From: Blepharisma stoltei ATCC 30299
Taxonomy: Eukaryota; Protista; Ciliophora
Direction: 5' to 3'
Assembly: GCA_965603825.1 (NCBI GenBank)
Contig: CBFDEM010000054.1
Location: forward strand, 310,001-374,000
Length of the DNA: 64,000 bases
Notes under the pieces: generated by a model
Databases searched by the model: none
Told to the model about the DNA's origin: nothing
What the model saw: the letters and a program-made list of their open reading frames with translations, nothing else
Shown: piece after piece, positions 1 to 11,253 of the stretch
Layout of the letters: each line of letters starts with the position of its first letter
Numbering within the stretch: position 1 is the first letter of the stretch
Translations under genes and position numbers: made by a program

Positions 1-114
1 TTTGAAGTGCTGCTCTGATGTTATATTAAAGTCCCCAACAGAGAAATTTGGAAGTGTACAATTAGAACCAGCCAGAACAAAAGGCAAAAACGTGATAAAA
101 TAGAGAATCACCAT
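1..114 (-). CDS. 5' part of a secreted or membrane protein (runs off the window edge)
   Basis: ATG at 114-112. Open frame MVILYFITFLPFVLAGSNCTLPNFSVGDFNITSEQHFK with a signal-peptide-like N-terminus and N-glycosylation sequons. Confidence 0.7.
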   Translation of the reverse strand, partial: MVILYFITFLPFVLAGSNCTLPNFSVGDFNITSEQHFK

Positions 115-136
115 TTTATAAAACTCAATTGTAAAT

Positions 137-1708
137 ATGATAATTGATCAACAAGCCAAAACGTTTTCACTAGTTTTGAAATTAGCTTTCACAATTTCGA
201 TTCTTTCTTTCTTTTTTGGACTCGCACTCTCATTAGCAAGTATTTTATCCCCTGAATTCGTCTCCTTCGTCTACAAAGGTCAATCATATGAATATAACTT
301 TTTTGAATGCACCAGCTGCCCATCAGAATACGACGGAACAACTTATTCCTGCTTAAAGCACAACGCCTGCAAATCATCAGAAACTGATCTCTGCAGTAAA
401 GCCAAAAACCTACAAAGCGGACATGTGGTAATATTAGCATTTGAGATAACTACCACAATTTTGATTGTTTTACTGTTAGAAAGACTGATTTTTATCTTAT
501 TCAGAAAAGGGTTTGGAAAAACAAAGTTTCTTTATTTTTTAGCAATTTCGATTGGAATTCTGCGACTCGTTGAGTTCGTGACGTATGCTGGGCTAACTTC
601 TGTTGGGTTCGCTTCAGATTGTGACAACACAGAAAACATATGCAGCGAAAATGGGCTAAAGCTACTGCTAGCTTCCTTTCTCGCTAGTAGCTCTGGCTCA
701 ATTCTTGTACTTATTTTGCTGAAATTGAAAAGTCTAAAGCTAGAGGAAAATAAAGAACTTGATGGAACTGAGTATTACAGACCTTGGTTTTATGGAAAAA
801 TTTTGCCTGTGATGCTGATTGGAGCTGGCTTCTTAGGAGCCAGCTTAGGGTGAAGCTGATTCTTTTACTATAACATTGAAAAGCAATACGGGACACTAAC
901 TTATATGAAGGATCAAGATGGCTGGGAAAATAAAGATTTCACCTGCATAACTGGCCCAGCATGTGGAAGCAGCACTCACTATGCTTCTGAAGAGCGCCTA
1001 TGTACCGCAATCACCCGTGCAAAAAATGCAGGGTATATTTATTCGTGGCTTATCTACATCTCTTTTATGTGTTTCTGTCTTTGGATGGAAAATTTAGCAT
1101 ATATAGTTTTAAGGAAGCAGTTTGGGTTTTCTGAAACAAATTTCCTTTGGCCTCCTTTGTGTGTGCTATTTGGCTTGATAGCTATTCTTAACTGGTTCAG
1201 CATATCTGAAGCCTCTTATAATGGTTCTTGCAAAGTTGAAGCTGGTGACGAAAATATTTCGTTCTGTGTCGACCAAGGCGCAACTTTTAGTATGATAAGT
1301 ACAATGTGCTTGTTTTTGGCTGGGATTTTATATTGTGTTATCTATTGCCAAATGAAATCTGATAAAGCAGCAGCAAGACAGATATTCCCAAGAGGATCTT
1401 TATCTATGAATAAAAAAGTATTAGATGGGTCACCAAACTGTGGGAAAACATTAGACGAAAGCCATGATGATTTCAGAAATTCAACATTTTACGATGAGAG
1501 TCCTACAAAACTGGAAAGACCAAGCACAACAGATACAGTTGAAACTGAAGGGACAGCAGCAATCATTGTACAAGAACTAGATAATGTGACAAGGGAGAGT
1601 ACACCTTTGTCATCCAGAAACAACGCTGACGGAATTGTGAAGCCTCGTCATAACAGAAAAGCTTATAATTCTTATAAAGGAAGCTTTGACGGGCACGAAA
1701 AGAACTAA
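137..1708 (+). CDS. 523-aa multi-pass membrane protein made of two tandem 4-TM units with Cys-rich loops (claudin/amastin-like topology) plus a cytosolic tail
   Basis: ORFs 137-853 and 905-1708 are in one frame, joined through TGA 851 and TGA 857 read as Trp. About 8 hydrophobic segments. Ends in TAA. Confidence 0.8.
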
Positions 1709-1752
1709 AAATAATTTTAAATATTTTCTGCTTAAATTGCTTATTTTATAAA

Positions 1753-2529
1753 TTAAATAATTGCGATGGGTCCAGGAATACAGATTTTTTGCAAGGAGCA
1801 GTCTCTTAGTCATTCTGGCGATACTTTTCTTACGTTTAGAGGATGCTTTTTCATATCTCTTGTTATAATATGGGTGACTCTTGGGAGAAATTTATTAACA
1901 TATGTCCCTCCTCCTATGATAATCAATTCTTTTAAATCCCTTTCTTCTTCGGGGTCGATCCCGTCAACCCAAAATACACATTTTCCTAAATAATATTCTT
2001 GGACGTAGTCATCATCATTGATGGATTTAGCGATCACAATAGTTTGAGGATCAATCCATTTATTCATTTTTAAGCACTCATCCAACCATTCTTCTGGGAT
2101 TATTTTAGTCTCAGGCAAACAGTATTGGAGATAGCTTATATTTTTATTTGCAGTAATCACGCAAAAACAATCAGGAGAAAAATTTTCAACAATTTGGCCT
2201 CCTTTTTTTTGGATTGCTCGAGTTTTTTCTTTTGGGATTCTGTATGGCCAAATTTTTAAACCTGCAAATAAATTAAGTTTATAGCGCATAAAGTGGTCGT
2301 TAAATTTTTTTTTACGATAGGAATCGTCAAGTCATTTGATAGTCACTATGGGAATATTCTTGTCACTTGAAGTTTGGGTTTTGAGAGTTCCATAATGTTT
2401 TGCAATAAGGACTTGTGCTGCTTGAGTAAGGTCTGCTTCAAATTTTCCTCCGAGTTCTGTGACATTTTCGGAAATTTTAGCTTTTTCTTGAGTTGTAAAA
2501 CCTGAAGCACAAACTACAAGAGTTGCCAT
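1753..2529 (-). CDS. 258-aa protein with three BRCT domains (resembles the TopBP1/Dpb11/Rad4 N-terminus)
   Basis: ORFs join via TGA=Trp. BRCT signatures IVTIK-W(TGA 2332)-LDDS, PEEWLDEC, and VSPE-W(TGA 1810)-LRDC; GG motifs (ELGGKF, KKGGQI, IGGGTY). TAA at 1755-1753. Confidence 0.85.
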
Positions 2530-2689
2530 ATCAAAATTTTAAAAATTAATTAATTAATTTGTGTATAATTTGCTATAATCTAATCTGCTATGTTTACTAT
2601 TAGAATTCTAAACTTAGATTTAATAATTAAAATAGTGATTACCTATAGGAAATATTCAAAAATTCAATCACAATATTAACAATTAATGA

Positions 2690-2698
2690 GCCGCCAAT
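2690..2698. promoter_or_regulatory. GC-rich motif GCCGCCAAT (overlapping E2F-like TTGGCGG and CCAAT box) in the divergent BRCT/RFC2 spacer
   Basis: The only GC-rich word in a very AT-rich 227-bp spacer between two DNA-replication genes. Function is inferred. Confidence 0.3.
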
Positions 2699-2756
2699 GA
2701 ATGAGTACCTTGCTCTTTCTTTGAAATGTGTTAATATCTTTATCGAATATTTTATA

Positions 2757-3725
2757 ATGGGTGACTTTGAGATACCATGGGTAGAAAAATACAGACCTCA
2801 AGTTTTAGAAGATGTCGTAGGCAACGAACGAGCAATTCAGCAGCTTAATTCAATTGCACTTCAAGGCAACATGCCAAACCTTCTCCTTGTTGGCCCTCCA
2901 GGTTGTGGCAAAACTACTAGCATCTGATGTTTAGCCCGCCAAATGCTAGGGGATTCTGTAAAGCAAGGAGTCTGCGAGCTTAATGCTTCAGACGAGCGTG
3001 GTATTGAAGTTGTCAGAGAAAAAATCAAAGCTTTTGCCCAACAAAAAGTAAATGTCCCTCCCAACATGCACAAAGTCATCATCCTCGATGAAGCAGATTC
3101 CATGACAGCAAGTGCTCAGCAGGCTCTACGAATGATTATGACTGACTATACAAATACCACAAGATTTGCTTTAGCCTGCAACGACTCTTCTAAAATAATA
3201 GAAGCTATCCAATCCAGATGCGCCATTTTGAGATTCACAAGACTTAACGACGCTGAGGTGCTACAAAGATTATTAAGGATTACAGACCAAGAAAGTGTCA
3301 CATACGACGACAAAGGCATGGAAGCTTTAGTTTTTACTGCAGAAGGTGACATGAGAAATGCAATTAATAACCTGCAAGCAACTGTATCAGCTTTTAACGT
3401 GGTCAATTTTGAAAATGTTTTCAGAGTTTGTGACCAGCCTCACCCTGATTTGCTTAAAAGCGTGATTCAAAAGTGCACAGAAGGCCAGTTTACGACAGCA
3501 GCAGACAGTTTACAAGTTTTGTGAATTCAAGGATACTCACCATTAGATATCATTGGATCTCTCTATAGAGTTGTTACAAATTTTAGTATGAATGAGCACA
3601 TGCAGCTGAGATATCTCAAAGAAATCGCAGTACTAAGAATGAGGATGCTTGACGGGGTCTGCACTTTATTACAAGTGCACGGATGCCTTGCAAAGCTGTG
3701 CGAGATAAGCTTGTGTCAATCATAA
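2757..3725 (+). CDS. RFC2: Replication factor C small subunit (human RFC2 / yeast Rfc4 type), 322 aa
   Basis: PWVEKYRP, Walker [19 protein letters not shown], Walker [11 protein letters not shown] motif. TGA 2925 and 3522 read as Trp ([12 protein letters not shown] matches the conserved LWxxGYS). TAA at 3723-3725. Confidence 0.95.
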
Positions 3726-3747
3726 TTAAATAGAGAATTTATTTTTA

Positions 3748-4638
3748 TTAAGCAGTAGATTGGGTGATGCTTTTTATTGTGTCTAATATTATTTCTGCAT
3801 AAGATCTCATTTCTGACACATCTGAGTTTGCGTAAATTTCTGATATTGCTTTTATTTCTTCAGTCCTGTGATTTAATGGCAAAAATCCATTGCTTTTTAC
3901 AATATCTTTGAGGACTTCGAAATACCTGGCTTTTAGAAGAAAATCTGAAAGATTTTCTAGGTTCTGAATTACGATGTCGCATAGTAATTTCAAATCGTTC
4001 GTGTAAAAGAAGCCTTGAGTTTCAGTGCTTTCCAAAATAAGTTTCAAGCATTCTAAGCATTTTATAGTTTCTCCACCTTCACTTTTATTGAGTAGTTGTA
4101 GTAGCAGCTCTCCAAAGTATCTAGCATTTTTATGTGTGGAACATAATTCTAAAAACAGTTCTTCTGATTCCTTTGAGCTAGAAATTAAAATTCTGACCAC
4201 AGCAGTATAAGCGTTTTCTTCTTGGATGTATTCTAAAGCATCAAACAAAGCCCGCATAAAGCTAGGAACATCTTTAAGGTCTTTGAAGTTTTCATTACCA
4301 TATATTGCAGTGAATAATAAAAATGCATCATGACAGACCTCTTCTGGCTTGGTGCCGGTAATATATTTATACATAGCTTCAGGGAAGACTTTGTTTTCCA
4401 GTATCTGAGGAAGCACTTTAGCTTTGATATGAGTGTTCAACTGCCTCAAGATCCTTACAGTGTGCTTGCTTACGTCATTATCTTGAACACTAGTTAAGAA
4501 TGTATTCACTAAATCATCAACTAGCCCAAATGAGGGATCAGCAATATTATTCAGCCACTCTGTAACTAAAGGCCCAGGAATAGCAGTTTCAAGCCTGTCA
4601 AGGATTTTTCTCATTTCAATTATACCGTCCAGAGCCAT
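3748..4638 (-). CDS. 296-aa SPIN90/Ldb17/Dip1-type leucine-rich/armadillo domain protein (Arp2/3 activator family)
   Basis: Uninterrupted helical ORF containing FFYTNDLKLLCDIVIQNL, matching the FYTNDLxVLxD family motif. Confidence 0.7.
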   Translation of the reverse strand: MALDGIIEMRKILDRLETAIPGPLVTEWLNNIADPSFGLVDDLVNTFLTSVQDNDVSKHTVRILRQLNTHIKAKVLPQILENKVFPEAMYKYITGTKPEEVCHDAFLLFTAIYGNENFKDLKDVPSFMRALFDALEYIQEENAYTAVVRILISSSKESEELFLELCSTHKNARYFGELLLQLLNKSEGGETIKCLECLKLILESTETQGFFYTNDLKLLCDIVIQNLENLSDFLLKARYFEVLKDIVKSNGFLPLNHRTEEIKAISEIYANSDVSEMRSYAEIILDTIKSITQSTA

Positions 4639-4837
4639 TTTTATATTATAAAATGATGTTGACTGTGAAGTTATTTTCTTCTACTACGGTAAATTAAGCA
4701 TTTTGATTTAATGAGCAATTTCTAGCAAGCATAATTTCAGATAGGTTAATAAAAATAAGATATCTACCAATCAAAAGATTTATTTATATCAAAAACTTCC
4801 TTGGTGAGAAATAATGTTAATTAATTAAGAATTAAAT

Positions 4838-7800
4838 TTAGTCAAAATACTCATCATTATCAAAATCTGAAAATTGAGTCAAAAATAATGGCCTTTCATT
4901 TTGGATAGTTTGGGGCTTTGGTTTTTTCAAAAAATACCTTGCTAAAAGACAAGCCATGATTAGAATTAAAAGGATACAAAATCCAAGTATCATTCAAATC
5001 CATCATGAGTTGCCATTACTATGATACTGATAGCCATCATCATTATCATTGCTACCTGCAGGAGTTCTTCTTACGCTAATAGATGTCGAGTTTACTGACA
5101 TATTTTCATTAACTAGCGTTACAAAAAGTTCAAAAGTGTCTGTTCCTCATTCCTTTAGCATCTGCTTATACTCGTTAAGTGTCATTTTAGGTATAATGAT
5201 TTGTGGCTTCTTTAAAATATAACTTCTTAGATAAGGTGTAAGAGCTCCTATAGCAGTTACTGTATTAGAATTTATGAATACGACGCTTCCTGTAGCTTGA
5301 GGATACAGCTGTGGAGAAATTGTCATGTCGTACATTATGGAGTTATCAGCGCTCACCTTTGTGTTATAAACTCTTATGTAAAACTCGCTTTTGGAGGAAA
5401 GGATTGAAGATACTATAAAATCAGGCTGATAATAGTCAGAACAAACGATAAGAGAGGGAAGAGCAATGTAGTCATTCAATGTATTGTTGTATGGATAAAA
5501 CCTCGTCATAACCTGGGGGTTACTTTTAGAATTTAATAAAAATTGATGAATTTTGGTCCCAACGGTCCCAGTAAATAAAAAGTTCCCACATACCCCTACA
5601 TTAACGATATAATCACCATCCTTCATCGGCAGGCCACCTACTATTTCACTGATATTAGTAACGTTGCCATTCTTTGTTTGAAGAATTCTTGTTCCATATC
5701 AATGATCGGCCACATATAAATATAAGTCATTATTTGAGTAAACTCCATCAACTGCATGAGCATAAAAAGCTGGAAGTTGAAGAGAGTGGAAATCAATGAT
5801 TTCGACTATTGTCAAATTTAAAGCATCGTTATCCCAGTGCACAGCAATTCTGATCACATGATTATTTCGATATTTTTCATAATCAGCTTCATCTGAAGAA
5901 TCAATTGAAATCAGCATGAAGTCATAGTTAGTGGAAGGAATCGCTCTAAGCCAGGCTGGGTTGAACTCGACTTCTAAAACTCTTATTTTATTCACATTGC
6001 CTTTCACGAAATCATACTCTCATAGAACCAAAGCAAACTGATTGAGAGTTAAATTCACTAATTTTCCTTCATTTCATGAAAACTGTTCAGTCATTTGATG
6101 TCGGCAAGCAGTGACGAACAAGGTTAAGTCGCCTTGAGTTCCTATATCTTCAACTATAGAACAAACAGGATTTGTGCCGTTTATATAGTCTGAAACGTTT
6201 AGAGTGTTTTCAACTGGGACATCTGGAGAATCGAAGCTATCGTCCTGGCTAGGGACACCAGATAAATTAAATATAAGGAGACCCTGTGTGCTACTTGCGA
6301 CTATTACTCTATTGGTATTTTTAATTGCGGTATGGTCTGTGAAATTTTCATTATAATCTCCTTCATAGTGATCTGTCAATATCATTTGGGGCCATTTGAT
6401 AGCAGGGACATAGTTTGGCTCCTTATAATTAAATGTTGGATACTTTCCATTGATATTTAAATAGGATTTTACGTTTTGTCCTTGGTATGAGCTTCCTAAG
6501 TCAACTATTGCTTCTATATCATAATCAATAACGAGCTGGTGGCTAATATTCCAAAGTTCTTCATTAATTCATATATTTTCACCGTCTGGGAAAATGTTGA
6601 GAATTACTGGAAGAAAAACAGAAGAAACCTCATTAGACGCAATTAGTGTTATATTTGCAATATATTGAAGCTGGCTTACTGATAAAGGATTCGTCATAGT
6701 TATTTGAGAATACAAATTTAATTGGCAAGGCTGGTCATAAGGCATTGTTGGACAATTTAATCCATAAAACATGAGATCTTGATTGGTTTTATTTGGGCAC
6801 AAAATCCCAATGATTCCCCAGTAAACCTCGTACTCGCTTGAGACGTCAAATTGGCAAGAATCATTAACTGGAATATATGTAAGCAAACTGCTATGCGTTG
6901 TTTGTAGCCCATCTATAACCAAAATTTTGCCAGTGACCTGGATAAATAGCACATTTTCAATATTTTTAGCATCAATGTAAGTTGCTTGATATCTAGCTCT
7001 AACTCGTTTTATAAAAGCTAGAGTGGTAGAGTAAATGTCTACTGATCCATCACTGAATATTATATATATTTGCTCTGTAGTTCCAATCATCCTTACAGCA
7101 TTTGTCACATTTGCTTTATCTACACAGTAAGGAAGGATAGGGATTTCTCCATTGTACACAAAATCTAAATCGATAATATTGATGCCGTTATACTGGTCTA
7201 AAATATATAGATAAGAGTCAGGAAAATTTTCTGATGGAGAAGTCAAAGTGGCGTCTATGATATATAAGTCCATGTTGAAAAGCTTTGCAGATACTTGTAT
7301 CATACTTTCATAAAGGTTGCTTTCAGTATTAGTTATGTAAAGATCAATTAAATCATGGTCTCCGCAAAGCAAATAATTGTTATATGCACTAAACATATTG
7401 CATTGTACCAAAGGAGTCCAAGTTTGAATTGTCTGGTTAGATGCAGAGTCAATCAAGCTTATAAGTGGAGAGTTTGGCTCAGGTAAGGAATACACAAGCC
7501 ATCCTTGGGAGCATATAACTGTAGAAATAGGGTTAATCAGTGAGGCTCACTTGTCAAATCCATTTTCACCATAATAAAATACAAAAATTTCATTGTGTGT
7601 ATACATAAAAAGTTCAATCCCAATTATTTGGGCAGAGGTAAGGTTCATATTGATTGGAACAGTTTCCAAGTAGCTGGCTATCTCATAAGGTGAATATTTA
7701 AATGAAAAATCTGAAGAGATGCTGTTTAATTGTATAGAAAAATTCATATTTGGCCCAGAAAAATAGTTCATTGGATTACCAATAATATTGGCGACAAATC

Positions 7801-9325
7801 CGTCAAATTCAACATTAATTTGTATAGGCTCTAAAGGAATTGGGGTATATCCATCAATATAAAGTATGGCATTAACACTTTCAGGAATTCCCATTACTGT
7901 AATTCATCTTGTCGACTTTTCATTTGTCTGCAATGCTGATTCAGCGATTATTTCTGCAGAATAAGGTAATGCACCAGGCGTCACAATCAATTTTCAATAA
8001 TCCAGTGTAAACCCATAAGATGTTATTGCATAAAGATCAAACCTCACATAGAAAAATTGCCCATAAAAGCCATAAAACACTTTTCACATCCCATTAGGAT
8101 CAAAATTCTGCCCCACAAGTGCTTCTATGTCTAAATGAAACAATATATCTTGCTCAAAAATCGATCGATCTTGGATTACCATTAATGATGTATTATTTTG
8201 GCCCAAGACATCTAAAAAGAAATAATTCAGCAAGTTTTGACTTGATTTTATTGGCGATACATTTCCATATAGGTCATAGCTTGTAACTCAGAATACTTCA
8301 TCAAATTTAATAGGACTGAAAGCAATGATCCCCTGCTCAGTGCCAACAGTTATGGCCCTTTCAAGCTGGGAAGGATTATCTTTATACGCAATACTGAAGC
8401 TTCTACCAAATCTTGATAAGTCAAAATAATCTGACTCAAAAAAGAACTCATTTTCAGGATTTAGTAAGTATAAAATGACTCCAATGTTGGCATCCAGCAG
8501 ATAAATGCATGAATCTAATATCAGTGAATCTACTGGATTAGGGATTAAATTATTTGCGTTAGGCAGTGTAAAATATCTCGTTACAGTCTGCATAAGCACT
8601 GGGCCATAAGGATCACTGAAATTATATACAAAAAGCACACCGTTATAAGATGAAAAGCTTGCAGAAAAAATTCCAGAAATTGGTATTATTACAGTACCTT
8701 GTATCTCAGTTGATATTTTCAAACTAGAAGTATATCTCACATCCCACAAGTTTAGCAGCACAGGCGGGTCAGGTTCTTCTGGGTTAGTAACATTCATGAC
8801 ATATAAATCGTTTCTCGTCACATTTTGTCCGTCAACTTCTTCTAACTGGCCGAGCAGAATAAGTGCATATTTACTGTCACCATTAGTAAATAACGCTACC
8901 TGCAGTATATTTGGGTTCATATGCTGATAATCTAAGCTCTCGTTTCAATGCATCGCTAATTGTCCATTTGTCAGCATTAAGCTATAAATTTCTATATAAC
9001 TCTGGAAAAATCCGAACATTATCATTTTGTTCTCCATTCTAAATGATGTAACTTGCCTCTGATTCGGGGTCTCCTGTACTGAAGGCGCTCTAATGCTCCC
9101 TAATTCAATTGAATGAGTGGTATTAAAATAAATTGGATCAAAGATTTGTAGGCAGTCCCCTGTAAAGTTATTTTCACCTACAGAAAATGACAATTCTTCT
9201 CCTTCAAAAAAATCATTTAAATTCAGGTTTAAATATTCATTCTCTGACAGGTAAGCTGCAAACGGATCTTCAGCAACCCCAAATACATACACTTGTAATA
9301 CTACAAGGAAAAATATGAGTACCAT
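4838..9325 (-). CDS. 1495-aa type I membrane surface glycoprotein with a beta-rich (propeller/LVIVD-like) ectodomain
   Basis: Seven track ORFs share one frame with no TAA/TAG between them (13 TGA=Trp). Signal peptide MVLIFFLVVLQVYVFG; C-terminal TM SWWIWMILGFCILLILIMACLLA followed by RYFLKKPK; TAA at 4840-4838. Confidence 0.85.
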
Positions 9326-9398
9326 TATTTTATTTAAATCTCAATAATGATAATTAAGCCTAATTGTATCATTTTACCCAAGGTATTTGATATTTAAT

Positions 9399-9824
9399 CT
9401 AACTATTTCTTGTATGGACGAGGTCTTGGAGAAAATCGAAAATATCTGTTTTGTCAATGCAAGCCGTGATGTGGTTTTTTTGCAAAATCCTTCTCTTTCC
9501 TTCTTCAGTGTGGATTCATGCTCTATGGGTCAGCTCTATTATAAACAGCTCACACGCTTTCCCAAAAAGTGCGGGGGTTTCTGCACTTATCATGCGGACA
9601 TCTTCGTCGGATTTCATTATTTTTTTAATTCGAGCTAGAGGCAATTGGTGATTTTTGAAGTCATCAGGCGAGAAGTTTTCGACCTCCAGTTTCTGGGCGT
9701 CAATTAATTTGTCAAGATTCTTTATATGTTCTTGGTATGCGACTTGGTCAAAGTTCTCATCTATTGTAGGAGGCATCATATAAAACCCTAGCATAGAATC
9801 TTTGCCTATGCTTTTAGACTCCAT
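9399..9824 (-). CDS. NFYC: NF-Y subunit C (HAP5) histone-fold CCAAT-binding factor, 141 aa
   Basis: [44 protein letters not shown](TGA 9516)[13 protein letters not shown]...DIFDFL. Ends TAG at 9401-9399. Confidence 0.92.
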
Positions 9825-9882
9825 TATTTGTATATAAATATATTTAAAAATTAGATTAATATGGGCTAATACAAGTGAAATA

Positions 9883-11181
9883 TTAATTAATTGTTCCCAG
9901 TAGTTTGTCAAGCTTTGATTCTATCCTAGAAAGTCTTGTTTTTATTTTTTTGAATTTGGATTTTGTCTGCAGAAGCCCAGCTTCTTCTTTACTTTGTATG
10001 GTATTTAGCATTTTATTGGTATTATGAAATGCTTTTAATGATTTTTCCAGCTCTTGCAGTTGCTGCTTAAATCCCATGCTTCTCACCCCATATTTCTTCT
10101 TTATGAGATTAAGCCTGAATGCGTCAATCGCTACAATGCCTGCGGTCCTCGTACTTTTTATAGCATAAAATGCTTTATTTTGGCTGGTGTCTAGCTGTAA
10201 TGACGTTTCCAGTATAAACACTACCATAGAAAAGGCGAAAGCTCCTCATAAAGCAGAAATAATTGTAACCATTCTTCCAAAATGAGTCCCCGGATATAGA
10301 TCTCCAAATCCAATTGTTGCTATTGCTTCTGCACAGCACCACACAGCATTCGAATACGACTCGAAATCGAATCCAGAAATATCTGTATAAGGCCTTTCAA
10401 AGACCCTTAAAAATATCCCAAACAACAGGAACCCTGGAACAATGAAAACAGCAACTACAAAAAAAGGATGTGTCTTCATCAGGCATCTTATTGAAAATCT
10501 TACATTTGATTTAGCTTCATATTTAGCGCAATAGTATCTTGCGTGGTCATCTTGATAAGAACTTAAATTAAATATAGCCCGGAATATAAATAAGACTCTC
10601 ACATACATGAATACATATAAAAATTCAGTAAATATATAGCAAACTTCAACTGTGTTATTTTCTCCATCTGCCTTAGCAAGTCTGTAGTTTTGGTTTATGT
10701 AAACTGGTCAATGTATATAAGGGTAAGGGAAAATTGATAAAATAATGAATTCCATAAAAAAGCTCATGGAGAGTCGTCTTCGTTTTTTTCTGATGATGCG
10801 ATTGAATTCATCATATTTTAGTGTGTTTACTAGAAAAGGGTTTCTGCGAAACCTGTATCATTGTTGCTTGGATTGATGCCTAATGTAAAGAAAAATTAAT
10901 GAAATCACTGTAAATGCAAAAGTGATTCAGTTGAAGGCTTCTTCTTCGTTTTCCTTGCAGTTTGAATGTGTTCGATCGTCTGAGTAGCTTTTTTCATAAT
11001 CAACTGTTGAAGTTATTATTCCAATCACAGCAAAAATCGCAGCAATCAGCTCCGCTAGTCGTCATTGGATATATAGGTTTTTAGATGATGTTGATAAATG
11101 ATTCATTGAAAATGAGCTCAGGATTAAGCTTGATCGGGAGCTTTCACTAATAAATTCATCAGCTGAAGTATGAATCAACAT
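9883..11181 (-). CDS. SK/KCNN-like 6-TM potassium channel, 432 aa
   Basis: Single frame with 5 TGA=Trp. Contains [15 protein letters not shown], pore helix [21 protein letters not shown]6 and a C-terminal coiled coil. Confidence 0.85.
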
Positions 11182-11253
11182 TTGACTATTTAATTTTGGC
11201 AACTTTAGTTTAAAATGGAAATTAAAATCATAGTTAAGGTGTCAAAATTTTTC

